Below are positions 1 to 12,479 of a DNA stretch of 64,000 nucleotides, in pieces (position 1 is the first letter of the stretch; each line of letters begins with the position of its first letter). Source of the stretch: Octopus vulgaris (lineage: Eukaryota); assembly GCA_951406725.2 (NCBI GenBank), contig OX597835.1, positions 37,696,001-37,760,000 of the forward strand, read 5' to 3'. A program made the position numbers and the translations under genes. The notes below the pieces were generated by a model. The model was not told where the DNA came from. It did no database searches and saw only the letters and a program-made list of their open reading frames with translations.

Positions 1-113
1 TTTGTCAAAATATTTTTGTCGCTTTGAGACCACAACCTGTTCACTGACAAAACTTTGTGCTGCATCTCAATGAACAGGTCATGGTCTCAAAGCGACAAAA
101 ATATTTTGACAAA
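1..113. repeat. Inverted repeat (about 47-bp arms), probably the centre of a palindromic MITE cut by the window edge
   Basis: 1-31 TTTGTCAAAATATTTTTGTCGCTTTGAGACC is the exact reverse complement of 83-113; pairing continues imperfectly inward (ACCTGTTCA/TGAACAGGT). Confidence 0.8.
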
Positions 114-323
114 TTAAATTTAAATGTTGGAATGAATCTAACGGTTTTTGTGTATTTCTTAAATGGCTTATAAATGCTGGAGCACCACTAGTAAGACTAG
201 TATTTACTCTGTTGGTCTCTTTTGCTGAAATGCTAAGTTACAGGGATATAAACATGCCAACACTGGTTGTCAAGTGATACTGTGGGGACAAATACAGACA
301 CAGACACACTCATAAATATATAC

Positions 324-370
<47 letters not shown>

Positions 371-372
<2 letters not shown>

Positions 373-694
373 CGCAGGAGTGGCTGTGTGGTAAGTAGCT
401 TGTTTACCAACCACATGGTTCCGGGTTCAGTCCCACTGCATGGCACCATGGGCAAGTGTCTTCTGCTATAGCCTCGGGCCAACCAAAGCCTTGTGAGTGG
501 ATTTGGTAGACAGAAACTGAAAGAAGCCTGTCGTATATATGTATATATATATATGTGTGTGTGTGTACGTGTATGTTTGTGTGTCTGTGTTTATCCCCCC
601 AGCATTGCTTGACAACCGATGCTGGTGTGTTTATGTCCCCGTCACTTAGTGGTTCAGCAAAAGAGACTGATAGAACAAGTAAAAGAGTAAAAGA
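371..694 (+). mobile_element. tRNA-derived SINE family A (tRNA-like head arm, internal TA/TG microsatellite, right arm); representative of roughly 20 full or partial copies
   Basis: A-box-like TGGCTGTGTGGTAAG, B-box-like GGTTCAGTCCC, CORE-like (CC)TGGGCAAG. Other copies near 729-891(-), 6690-7360(+), 10641-11020(-), 11860-12185(-), 12945-13305(-), 16928-17342(-), 26642-26803(-), 35829-35993(+), 40150-40590(-), 52201-52605(+), 52654-53460(+), 54210-54352(-), 55721-55880(+), 58600-58970(-), 59955-60350(+). Confidence 0.9.
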
Positions 695-905
695 GTATAT
701 ATATATACATATATATATATATATCTGTGATAGGTTTCTTTCAGTTTTCATCTACCAGTTTCACTCACAAGCCTTTGGTTGGCCAGAGGCTTTAGTAGAA
801 GACATTTGCCCAAGATGCCATGCAGTGGAACTGAACCCAGAACCATGTGGTTGGGAAGCAAGCTTCTTACCATACAGCCACGCTTGTGCTTATTAAAGAA
901 GTGAT

Positions 906-1275
906 TCAGAAGATTGGACAGAGTGTGTGGGTAGGTAGGTGAGTTTGTGAGAGTAAGAAGGAAGAGCGATGGCCAGAGAGGAATGCAGAGTGTGATGAAG
1001 ACGGTGGGGATATCAGATCAGTTGGAGGGGGAAGGTGGAGGAAACAGGTTGGGTCTGAGAAGTAACAAATGGCAGTAAGGATGATGTGAAGTTTGTAGGG
1101 TTGGTGGTGTGTGAGAGAGATGCACAGTGCCTGGGATGAAGTTAGAGGTACATGAGGGAGGAAATGGTGGAAGATGAATAAAGGTAATGGGAGGAGACCT
1201 GCTTCTAGCAAGATGACAGGGTGGAGGGGTGTACAGAGAAAAGGGTGGTGGAAAGAGCATTCAGTGGAAATTTCT
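906..1275 (-). mobile_element. Possible highly decayed Penelope-like element relic (post-RT linker)
   Basis: Translation LTHHQ...HIIL...SDPT...SAF loosely resembles the LTYHP..IIL..SDP..SAFRR linker I recall from Penelope-like elements; weak. Confidence 0.3.
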
Positions 1276-1278
1276 GAT

Positions 1279-1367
1279 GCATATATATATACATATATAT
1301 ATAAACATATATATGTATATATAAACACATATATATATATACATATATATAAACACATATATATATA

Positions 1368-1402
<35 letters not shown>

Positions 1403-1693
1403 ATATATACATATGTGTGTGTATGTGTTAGTGTGTGTTGGTGTGTACATGCGTGTATGGGTGTGTGTGCATATGTAGGTATATATGTGTATATGATGGA
1501 GATGCCCTCTGGGTAGGTGAGGTAGACATTGCTTATTCAGCTTTAATGTATAAACATTCATTATTAAATATAAAAGTAAATAATCTTGCATGCCTTTCAA
1601 ACTCAGTATACATACATATATATATACATACATACATGCATTTATATATATACATATATATATACATACATACATGCATTTATATATATATAC

Positions 1694-1761
<68 letters not shown>

Positions 1762-2230
1762 TATATATGTATGCATGTATACATACATATACATGTGTGT
1801 GTGTGTGTGTGTGTATATACATATGTATATATTTATATATACATATATACTTGTATATATATGTATATGCATGTATATACATATATATATATATATAATA
1901 TACATATATGCATATACATATACGTATAATTATGTATGTATATACACATCTATATAAATACATATAAATGCATATACATATACGTATAATTATGCATGTA
2001 TATCCGTGTACATATATGTAAATACATCTATATTTATCTAAATATGTGTGTGTATATATATATATATATGTGTATATGTAAATATAAATATGTATGCTTG
2101 CTCACATATGTACACACACATACATATACACTTACATATACACATACATGCACACACACACATACACACACACATACGCACACACACACACATGCACACA
2201 CACACACACACTCATGTATATACATATATG
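1279..2230. repeat. Compound (TA)n/(TG)n/(CA)n microsatellite
   Basis: Read directly; source of the YI/CV/HT ORFs. Confidence 0.95.
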
Positions 2231-2313
2231 AATATGTCCCAGCACATGATTACGGTTAATGACACTCCAAAAACCCATTAAATATACTGATATAAAAGCT
2301 AAATAGTTCCTAC

Positions 2314-2549
2314 CTTTTGGTAAAGTCTGAGGAGTGAGTGTATGTCGATGGGTGGGACATAGAAATAATCAATACCGTTGAAAATTACTTTCATTATTGG
2401 ATATTTTCAGTTTGTTTTGTTTTTTTTTTCTTTTTTCAATACTCCAGACATGTCCGCAGCTTATTTTTTTATGTTCAGCAGTTACATAATTTTCCTCAGG
2501 TGGTTACTCAGTTAAGTTTTTTAGAGACGTATTTAATTTCATAATTTAA
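2314..2549 (-). other. Candidate exon on the minus strand (UTR plus possible start codon)
   Basis: Acceptor ttttctttttttttttttgaaaatAG ending at 2550 and donor AAG|GTAGGA at 2314/2313; ATG 2394 gives MKVIFNGIDYFYVPPIDIHSLLRLYQK in phase 0. No homology recognised. Confidence 0.3.
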
Positions 2550-2663
2550 CTATTTTCAAAAAAAAAAAAAGAAAAATTTATAAATAAAATGTGAACGGTC
2601 GAATCTCTTTAGAAATTTTTTATAAGATATCTTGTGAAGGAAAAGTTGAATGAGGTTAAAGCA

Positions 2664-3052
2664 TTGTTGTTATCATCGTCATCATCATCCTTGTCATCAC
2701 CGGCACTGTCATTGTCGTTGTGCTGCTCCTCCTCATCATCTTCATTATCTTTGTCATCATAATCATCTTCGTCATGATGATCATATTTATCATCATTATC
2801 GTCAGTCACATCATCATCAAAATCATGACCATTATCAAGGTTGTCATCATCATCATTGTCATCATCATAATTGTCATCATCATAATCGTCATCATCATCA
2901 CCTTTATCATCATTATTACCAGTGTCATTATCATGACCATCATCATGATTGTCATCATTTTCATCACCATCATCATCTTTATCATCATTATCACCAGTGA
3001 CATCATCATCATTATCATCATCATCATCATCATTATCATCATCATCATTGTT
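2664..3052. repeat. Degenerate (ATC)n trinucleotide tract
   Basis: Read directly. Confidence 0.9.
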
Positions 3053-3065
3053 ATAATGTCTGTAT

Positions 3066-3298
3066 AAGGTGGCAAGCTGGCAGAAACGTTTGCACGCCGG
3101 GCGAAATGCGTAGCCGTATTTCGTCTGCCGTTACATTGTGAGTTCAAATTCCACCAAGGTCGACTTTGCCTTTCATCCTTTCTGGGTTGATAAATTAAGT
3201 ACCAGTTATGCACTGGGGTCGATGTAATCGACTTAATCCCTTTGTCTGTCCTTGTTTGTTCCCTCTATGTTTAGCCCCTTGTGGGCAGTAAAGAAATA
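3066..3298 (+). mobile_element. tRNA-derived SINE family B with Deu/Nin-type central domain
   Basis: Head GCTGGCAGAA...GAGTTCAAATTCC; central GCCTTTCATCCTT..GATAAATTAAGTACCAG matches my recall of the Deu/Nin domain; tail AAAGAAATA. Other monomers at 12249-12478(+), 31389-31619(+), 31892-32120(-), 32715-32900(+), 49040-49268(-), 49460-49675(-). Confidence 0.85.
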
Positions 3299-3739
3299 AT
3301 GTTTTATTGTCTGTTTTCCCATGCTGCCATGGGTTGGACAGACTTTATTGAGGTAGATCTTTTTCTATGGCTGGATGCCCTTCCTGTCACCAACTTTTCC
3401 CTGTTTCAAAGCGAGGTGATATTTTTCACTTGACCAGACATGTTTTCACGAAAAATTAGAAATGAAGGACACCGCTTGCATGATGGTGACACTTGTTTAC
3501 AACTATCAGTTGATGTCAAGGCAAAAAGACAATAATCACCCCAACCCTCCACTCTCTCACACACACACACGTGCTTATATGTAAATCTATGTAGTGGACA
3601 TGCAAAAACAGCAGATTTAACTAAATCTTTGAAAACTGAAAAAAGAAAAAACCATGAGAAGCTGTAGCCCTTTTATATTCAAATTATTCTGTCAAATCCA
3701 TTGCTTATTTATTCACATTGTTTTGAATTAATCATGCAT

Positions 3740-4318
3740 ACCGGTCTGGAACCCCTATCTTGCCCAGGATATTAATCGTCTGGAAACCTTTCAGCGACGT
3801 GCAACCGAGAGAATTCCCTCTATTAGGCATTTGCCATATTCTGAACGCCTTACATCCCTGGACATGGATACATTGAAACTCCAATGTCTGGCAGCTGACT
3901 CGGCAGACACCCATAAAATTATTAACCATCTTACTAACAATAACTCTGAGCACCTTTTCAAACTCCACCTGTCTAACACCCGTGGACACGTTTACAAAGT
4001 CAGAAAACAGCACAGCTCCCATGACTTTCGGAAACATTTTTTCACACTGAGAGTTGCTGAAGCATGGAACAAACTGCCAGCATCAGTTGTTAGTTGTCGG
4101 AGCACTGCATCCTTCACAACTTCCATGCTTCCTGAGATTCGCCAACACTACACCTGATTTTCTCCCCTCCATACACATGCAAGCATTTATCTGACTCATA
4201 CACTGTTTGCTTTCCAGACATTTGTACATTACTGCATATACTTTATATACACTTTTTGACAAGTTGTGGTGCACCTTGAACACTGTATACAATAATTTCA
4301 TTATTATTATTATTATTA
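3740..4318 (+). mobile_element. 5'-truncated CR1-clade LINE (ORF2 C-terminus, 3'UTR, (ATT)n tail)
   Basis: VWNPYL..QRRAT..YSERL..TRGH..FFTLRVAEAWNKLP, stop at 4157; a short 3'UTR copy lies at 19772-19870(-). Confidence 0.9.
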
Positions 4319-4319
4319 C

Positions 4320-5907
4320 TTTTTTTTTCTTCTTTCAAATTTGCTTCCATTTCTTGCCGAGTGTCTTCCCGATTCCTAGGGCAAAGAAACTCATAGTATA
4401 CATTGGTAGGCCATTAAACCAAACTCAATAGTTCATTCATCTTTTTTTTTTTTTAAGTTAAATTAAAATACATGAGCAGCAACAGTTCTCACATCGACAA
4501 TGCTCTTCTCAATACGTGTGACGTACCAGTTAAGACAATCTTTTGCACTTCTTGCAGGGATGGTAAGCCAGGGATCATTCTCATATAATTTTCGGTTCCC
4601 TTCTTGATCATTCCTAGTGCTCCTACGATCACTGATATTGTAACCGCCTTGAGATGCCACATTTTCTCAATTTCAATGAGTAGGTCTTTATATTTTCTGA
4701 GCTTGTCAAACTTTTCGCTGAGATATTATGATCACAGGGATGCTCATGTCGATCAATAAGCAAACTTTATTGTTTTGGTCTTTCACAACAATATCTGGTT
4801 TATTGGCCTTGATGGTTCGGTCTGTATGTACTGGAAAGTCCCACAGAATGGTTACATTTTCTCCTTCAGTTACAGCCTCAGGGTGGTGATTATACCACTT
4901 GTCAGCAGTTTTGATATTGTAATGCCGACTTATTAGCCAGTGTAGATATTGGCCAACTCTGTCATGTCTTAATTTATACTCCACTGGTGCTAAGACTTTA
5001 CATCCAGAGATTAGGTGGTCCACTGTTTCAATCATGTCGTTGCAGAATCGGCATTTTGGGTCTGCTCCATTTTCATCACATTGGCCTGGTAGTTCCGGGT
5101 TAATAGGCTTTGATCTTGAGCAGCCAGGATGAAACCTTCGCTCTCTGCTTTTAGCCCTGAGCTCCGTAGCCACTGATGGGTTTGCTTCTGGTCAACATCA
5201 GCTTGTTTGCTGCGGGCCACATATTTGCCGTGCAGAGGTTTCTCCTCCCACCTATCAGCCAATTGCTCGTGCGCTTTTTTCGTTGCCATTATTTTTACCT
5301 TCTTTGCAACAATAGTTGCCGTACTTCCCTCGGGTTGTTCAGTTTGGGTATCCTGCACGAGATCAATAGCAAATTTTTTGCTTTCCTTTATGATAGAATG
5401 AAGCTTCTTTCGTCTCTCGTGATTTTCCACGAGCTTTAGCATCCAGTCATTCGTTATTTCGAGATATTTGGCCAGTCCAATTGTGGTTGTTTTGTAAGCT
5501 AGTTCAAATTGGATCAGGCCTCGACCTCCTTGGGCTCTGGGAAGGTAAAGGCGATCTACATCTGCCTTTGGGTGGTGCATCATATTACAACTCAGCAGCT
5601 TGCGTATTTTCCTATCTATATTCTTTACTTCACTCATATTCCAGTTCAACACATTGTAGCTATAAGTAACAACTGGAACTGCTAAGGAATTTATAGCTAA
5701 CACCTTGTTACGTGCATTTAGTTCAGATTTCAGGACTGCACGAACACTCCTATAACATTCCTTCCTGATCTTCTCTTTCATGCTTGCATGCTGAATACCA
5801 GAGCCTTCATTTATCCCTAAATATTTGTATGTTTGTTCTTGATACCAGAGCCTTCATTTATCCCTAAATATTTGTATGTTTGTTCTTGTATGTTAGTTTG
5901 TATGTTT

Positions 5908-5910
<3 letters not shown>
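4320..5910 (-). mobile_element. 5'-truncated R4/Dong-like non-LTR retrotransposon with restriction-like endonuclease; frameshifted
   Basis: YKYLG, RLYLPRAQGGRGL, AAQDQ, zinc knuckle CRFC..ETVDHLISGC, RHD, KPDIV..LIDMSIP, KLRKY, VIVGALG; stop near 4490; A-rich tail at about 4320-4332; (TAA)n on both sides. Confidence 0.92.
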
Positions 5911-5963
<53 letters not shown>

Positions 5964-6922
5964 ATCTTGCCACTTCAAGATTCTGACCACATGATTGTTT
6001 ATTTCTATAATGACATTGTTGGGTAGGTGTGAGAGGCTGGATATGGCCAGTTTGAACATAAAAGTGGTAGAATATTTCAAAGGTGTTGGGGTTCTCATGT
6101 ATAATACTTATTTATTCACAAATTATTTATGGTTTTGAATTAATCATGCATTAGCTCATAGCTTTGAGATTTCAATGATTGCGATGCACCACTGGGAATC
6201 GAACTTAAAACTTAATGATCATGAGCTGAACGTCTCTAACCAGTAAGCCATGCTCCTTCAGAAAGGCAGAGAACTGACGGAGTACAGCAACAACAACAAC
6301 AACACCAAAAGAATGATGACAAGGAGGATAAATCTTCATTTGTTGCAGGATCTGGCAAGGCCAGGCCTGTCTTGGCAATAACAATGATTGCAACAGTAAT
6401 TAACAGCCAAACTGCTTCTCTGCCAACAACTGACCAAACTTCTCACCCAGAAACAAAATGTTCTCTGTGTTGCTTCTGTTGTCATTAAAAAGCAGAAGAC
6501 AAAAAAGAATGTCGGTGCCAAAATCTAGCTATAATGACCATAAAACTGGAAAGGACTGTAACTAAGCATTCTGGGTACAAAATACATGTACAGTACGGCC
6601 TCTCATATATAATATGGTAAAATTATTCTGTTTTGGAACAGTAGATCTCGAAGCAGATAAAGCTGTAAATAATAGCATGGGGTGAAGGACAAACCACATG
6701 GTTCCAGGTTCAGTCCCACTGTTTGCACCTTGGGCAAGTGTCATCTACTATAGCCACAGGCCACCCAAATCCTGGTGAATGGATTTGGTAGATGGAAACT
6801 GAGAGAGCTTATCATATATATATATATATATATGTCTATATACCTACCCTCTTTGTAATGTTGGCAAATGGAATTAAGTAGGAAAATGAACATTGTCAAT
6901 TTAATTTTTTTTAAATTTTATA

Positions 6923-6995
6923 TGTGGCTGATGAGTGCTCTAAATTTTAAAACATTGTTTAATTAAATGAAGTAGCATGAAACGATTGTACTACA
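6923..6995 (+). ncRNA. Type I minimal hammerhead ribozyme motif
   Basis: TGTGG-CTGATGA-GTGCT(34 nt)AGCAT-GAAAC-GATT-GTA-CTACA: stem I TGTGG/CTACA, stem II GTGCT/AGCAT, full core, GUA triplet. Confidence 0.75.
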
Positions 6996-7028
6996 CTAAC
7001 TTTGGATATCCTTGTTGCTTATTTTGAT

Positions 7029-7109
<81 letters not shown>

Positions 7110-7575
7110 ATGTATGTATGTATGTATGTATGTCTATGTTTTTGTGTCTGTGTTTGTCTCCCCATCACCGCTTGACAACTGGTGCTGGTGTGTTTACGTC
7201 CCCGTAACCTAGTGATTTGTCAAAAGAGACTGATAGAATAAGTAATAGGCTTAAAGAAAAAATAAGTCCTGGGGTTGATTTGTTCAACTAAAACCCCCAT
7301 CAAGACTGTGCTCCAGCATGGCCACAGTGAAATGACTAAAACAATTAAGAGAATAAAAGAAATTTTAAAAAACTAAAAGAATACTTATGTTTTGATTTGT
7401 AATTTTCCTGTTTGAATCACCAAACCCATAAATACATAAATACATACATTACATACATACACGCATAAAGTATATACGAGCATGTCTAGATATGCAAGTA
7501 TATGCCTGAGAAGACATACATGAAACAAAACATGCAAATCTGCACATATACATACATACATACATACATGGTACA

Positions 7576-7968
7576 TCTCTCTATATATAAAGCTGAAGTT
7601 GTCTGTGTGTGGCAGGTTTGTTAGCCCTCAACTAACACTATCTCCTCCAAGACCCTGTGGCACAATTTGACCAAAATTGAGAGTATGATAGAAGAAGGCT
7701 TGTTCTTCATTCCCTAGAAGATAAAATTCAAATCGGACCATGTTAAGACCAAAAATTATTTACATCAAAAAGGTGCTTTTTTTCCTATGAAAATCCCTAT
7801 TTTTTATGATTTTTTGACTGCTGTGTCGCCACTTTTCGGTGTATTTCAACCAGAAAAATGTTCACTTTAAGAGAATAACAAGCTACATAATGCAAAATTT
7901 TTACTTTTCAAAAATTCCAATTCTAAAGGGTTGAAACAAACCCGAGCAACGCCGGGCGATACTGCTAG
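7576..7968 (+). mobile_element. Non-autonomous Helitron
   Basis: 5' TC, 3' CTAG, subterminal hairpin CCCGAGCAACGCCGGG, inserted between A and T with no TSD; second copy at 30092-30469(-). Confidence 0.88.
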
Positions 7969-8184
7969 TACATAATACATAAATAATGGTGCTGTCAACA
8001 TTGGGTATGCAGGTATAGAGGAGCATTTAAAATGTCTGTCTTGAATGCCTTCCTCTAGAAATATGCCAACTTGTCCAGCCTAAGTCGGTAATTGGTTTAT
8101 TTCTCAAATAATTAATAAGAGCAACACCTTTTACTCATCAACATAGCGTTATCCTGAACAGATTTTAAAATATACATCTACACC

Positions 8185-11100
8185 ATGTGGAATCTTGCTA
8201 ACACGATTACGAGTGAAACTAACACCACCACACATGAAAATAGAACTACTTCACCAGTAAGCTATTTAAGAAGACGCAAGTACTCTTCCCATTTTACTTG
8301 GACCCAACAAATAAACCAAGATTTACTTCAGCGCTATGAAAAGCCCAAGATGACCCTTCAATTGGATACATCATCATCACCATCATCATCGTCGTCGTCC
8401 TTGTTTAACATCCACTTTCCATGCTGGCATGGGTTGGACGATTTGACTGAGGTCTGGTGAACCAGATGGCTGCACCATGCTCAATCTGATCTGGAAGAGT
8501 TCCTACAGCTGGATGCCCTTCCTAACACCAACTACTCCGAGAGTGTAGTGGGTGCTTTTACGTGCCACTGGCACAAGGGGTAGTCGGGCGGTACTGGCAA
8601 TGGCCACACTCAAATGGTGCTTTTTATGTGCCACCTGCACAGGAGCCAGTCCAGCGGCACTGGCAATGACCTTGCTTGAATGCTTTTTCACGTGCCACCA
8701 GCACAAGTGCCAGTAAGGCGACGCAGGTAACGATCATGCTCGAATGGTGTTTTTAATGTGCCATCAGCACAGAACCTGAAGCAGTTGAAATAATACCAGC
8801 ACAAAGCTCATCCAGGTTCAATACCTTCACGGTGAAACAGCTCCGACAACAAGCATCTTTTGTAAAAAACAAATCAACTGATCTTTGATCCTCCCAAAAC
8901 ATTGAGAATGGGCCAAAATCTGCCAGAAGCAGTGTGAAAAATAATGTAAACATCAAAGTAAATATCAAATGGAAATTGTAGTTGTGATACCTGTGCCGGT
9001 GGCATGTAAAAAAGCACCATCCGAATGTAGCCGATGCCAGCGCCACCTTGACTGGCACCTATGCCGGTGGCACATAAAAAGCACCAACCGATTGTGGCCG
9101 CGGCCAGCCTCCCTTGGCACCTGTGCCGGTGGCACGTAAAAGGCACCCACTACACTCACGGAGTGGTTGGCGTTAGGAAGGGCATCCAGCTGTAGAAACA
9201 CTGCCAGATCAGACTGGAACCTGGTGCAGCCTCCTGGCTTCCCAGACCCCAGTCGAACCGTCCAACCCATGCTAGCATGGAAAATGGATGTTAAACTATG
9301 ATGATGATGATGAAACCATTGTTCCCACCATCACTAAATTTGAGTGTGTCTCCAAACTTAGCTGACTTAGTAACAAAGAATGCAGAATATATCCAACTCA
9401 AAAACATTTTAAAATTACAATTTGCAAAAAATTTTGTTACTTTCTCGAAGCTTTTATTGAGCCACTGACCATTCCCAACAAGAGTGAGAAAAAATCCAAC
9501 CAATCTAATATTATCAACGATGTTGCTAGAAATCACATGGAATCATGTGAAGTTAATTAAACGTCACCCTTTTCAAGCCTAGCCAGGTTCATGGACCTAG
9601 TTTTCTGGTTTCTGTGATGTATATGTTCCCCCCAGCTGGATGGGACACCAGTCCATTGCAGCGTTACTCAAGAAACAGGAAGAGACAGGGAGAGAAAGTT
9701 GTGGCGAAAGAGTACAACAGAGGTTGCCACCACCCACTGCCAGAGCCTCATGGAGCTTTTAGGTGTTTTCGCTCAATAAACACACACAACGCCTGGCCTG
9801 GGAATCAAAACCGCGATTTCTGACCCTGATCACTGGGCCATTGCGCCTCCACAGTGAAGTTAATTACTGGAATATAAATACTCTTATATATACAGCTACT
9901 ATTACTTTTAAAGAACACTTAGGAGAAATCTACAGTGAACAAAGTAACGAAATTACTAAAAGGAACCAATCTAAATGGAAAACAAAGCTTGAAGAAAACT
10001 TCAACAATGTGTGCCGCCATATCGAATGGTTAATGACAACAATAAAATGTAAGGAGAAAAATGAGTTTACACCTCACCAACTCTACCTTAGGCAAAAATT
10101 AACGAAACTTTATGACAACTGTTCACACTGAGCTCTCGAGGGAAAGCTGATCACTTTAAAACATGAACTCAGGACGATGAGCGAGAAATCCGCTATCGCA
10201 TACGAATTTTTGAATGAGCCAGTATCAATCACAAGTTTGCTTCCAACCCATGAGAGATGAGAAAGGAAAGCATTACCATTAAGAAAGCTCCCTTCCAAGA
10301 AGATCTACAAGCATTCTGGTCAAAAATTTGGAATGAAAAGAAGGATTTCAACAAGAATGCATCACTAACAGTAAGACATACAAAATTGATAGGGAAACCT
10401 TGGCTATAAGTAGTAGGCAAACTGCAGAATGGGAAGGCACCTTGAAGGGACCTAATTAGTTGGATATTGGTACAAGAAGCTGACATTTTATAGAAACCAG
10501 TTGATATGTATGTTCAAAAGGACTTTGGAAGCTCAGACTGATATGCCAAATTGGTTTGCCACAGCAAGGGCAAATCTTGTTACCAAAAATGAAATCACCG
10601 AGATGGCAGGAAACTACAGGCCCATTTCTTGCATAAACCTTATTCTTTTACTCTTATACTTGTTTCAGTCATTTGACTGAGGCCATGCTGGAGCACCGCC
10701 TTTAGTCGAGCAAATCGACCTCAGGACTTATTCTTTGTAAGCCTAGTACTTATTCTATCGGTCTCTTTCGCCGAACTGCTAAGTGATGGGGATGTAAACA
10801 CACCAGCATCGGTTGTCAAGCGATGTTGGGAGGACAAACACATATATATACATATATACGACGGGCTTCTTTCAGTTTCCATCTACCAAATCCACTCACA
10901 AGGCTTTGGTTGGCCCAAGGCTATAGTAGAAGACACTTGCCCAAGGTGCTACGCAGTGGGACTGAACCCGGAACCATGTGGTTGGCAAGAAAGCTGCTTA
11001 CCACAGCCACTCTGGTGCCTATGTACAAACTGTACACAAGATGCCTCAACCAATTCCTCCGGGACCATTTTGAGTCAAACAACATTGTGACTGATGAAGA

Positions 11101-11425
11101 GGCTGGTGAAAAGAAAGGAGTGTGGGGATGTGCTGAGCAACTTTTAATAAGCAAAGATGTATTGCCTGAAGTATGAATACAATATGTGACAATATGGCTT
11201 GACTATAAGAAGGCATTCAACTCTTTCCCTCGTTCATGGCTCTTGAACTACCGACATCTGGCAAAAATACCTACTACTTTAATTGCTCACAAAGACATGG
11301 ACAACAATTCTTACCCTTACAACTGAGAACTGAATAATTGTTTCGGATACTATAGGCATTTCAAAGGGAATATTCCAGGGAGATTGTCTTTCTGTAATTC
11401 TTTTTATGTTTGTCCTTCACCCCAT
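8185..11425 (+). mobile_element. Heavily decayed R4/Dong-like LINE (N-terminal region and RT), fragmented by at least four later insertions
   Basis: NYRPISCINL|MYKLYT (split by SINE 10641-11020), GCAEQLLI, WLDYKKAFNS, GIFQGDCLS. The 5' limit is uncertain. Confidence 0.75.
8370..8770 (-). mobile_element. RTE 3'UTR fragment with (GAT)n tail
   Basis: Same family as the 3'UTR of the RTE at 22690-24980. Further copies at 8960-9312(+), 18737-18893(-), 25147-25470(-), 25924-26285(-), 36013-36385(-), 37185-37470(-), 52850-53211(+), 61606-61910(-). Confidence 0.8.
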
Positions 11426-12479
11426 CACTTGACAGTTGTTGTTGGTTTGCGTATGGTCCAGTAACTTAGCAGTGCACCAAAAGGCACTGATACAAAAACT
11501 AAGTACTCTAGTTGATGCAAGAAGAGCATTGCCTTCGAGGCAATGCTTTTCTTGCATGGCTGCAGTCCGGCGACCAGAACAAGTAAAAGATAAAGACACA
11601 CACACACATGCACACACTCACACACACACACACACAGACACACACACGTGTGCGCACACACACACACGTGTGCGCACACACACACACACACGTGTGCGCA
11701 CACACACACACACGTACACACATGTACACACACGCTCACACACGTACACACATGTACACACACGCTCACACACACACATGCACACACACACATGCACACA
11801 CACACACACACACCATACACACGCACACAAACACAAAAACACACAGATATGTTCACATCTTTTATTCATTTCAGTCATTAGACTGTGGCCATGCTGGGGC
11901 ATCACCTTGAAGACTTTTTAGTCAAAGAAATTCCCCCACCCCTCCATTACTTATTACTTTTGAGAGCCGGGTACTTATTCTGTCAGACTCTTTTGCCAAA
12001 CCTCTAAGTTACGGGGACATAAACACACCCTTCTCAGTTGTCAAGTTGTGGTAGGGGACAAACACACACACACACACACATGCATATGCACTCACACGCG
12101 CACACAGTTACATGTATTTACAACAGGTTTCTTTCAGTTTCTGTGTACCAAATCCACTCACAAAGCTTGGTTGTTCTGAAGCCAACATGGTTGTGGTGGT
12201 GAGGGTGGTAGTACTGTTGTTCACTAGGTGTGATGGTAGTGGTTGTAGCGGCGAGCTGGCAGAATCATTAGCACATCATTAGAAATGCTAAGCGGTATTT
12301 CATCTACCGTTACGTTCTGAGTTCACATTCTGCCGAGGTCGACTTTGCCATTCATCCTTTCGGGGTCGATAAAATAAGTACCAGTTACATACTGAGGTCG
12401 ATGTAATTGACTTAATCCCTTTATCTGTCCTTGTTTGTCTCCTATGTGTTTAGCCCCTTGTGGGTAGTAAAGAAATAGG

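Larger units (their letters stand above)
3667..6080 (+). mobile_element. TTAA-type (piggyBac-like) MITE split into 3667-3738 and about 5963-6080 by nested LINEs
   Basis: The two pieces, joined, are colinear with the reverse complement of the uninterrupted copy at 30668-30866 (shared TTATTTATTCACATTG, ATGACATTGT, TGGCCAGTTTGAAC). Confidence 0.65.

Noticed and set aside
1435-2281. Many YI/CV/HT-repeat ORFs here and throughout the window
   Set aside because: Translations of dinucleotide microsatellites, which lack stop codons.
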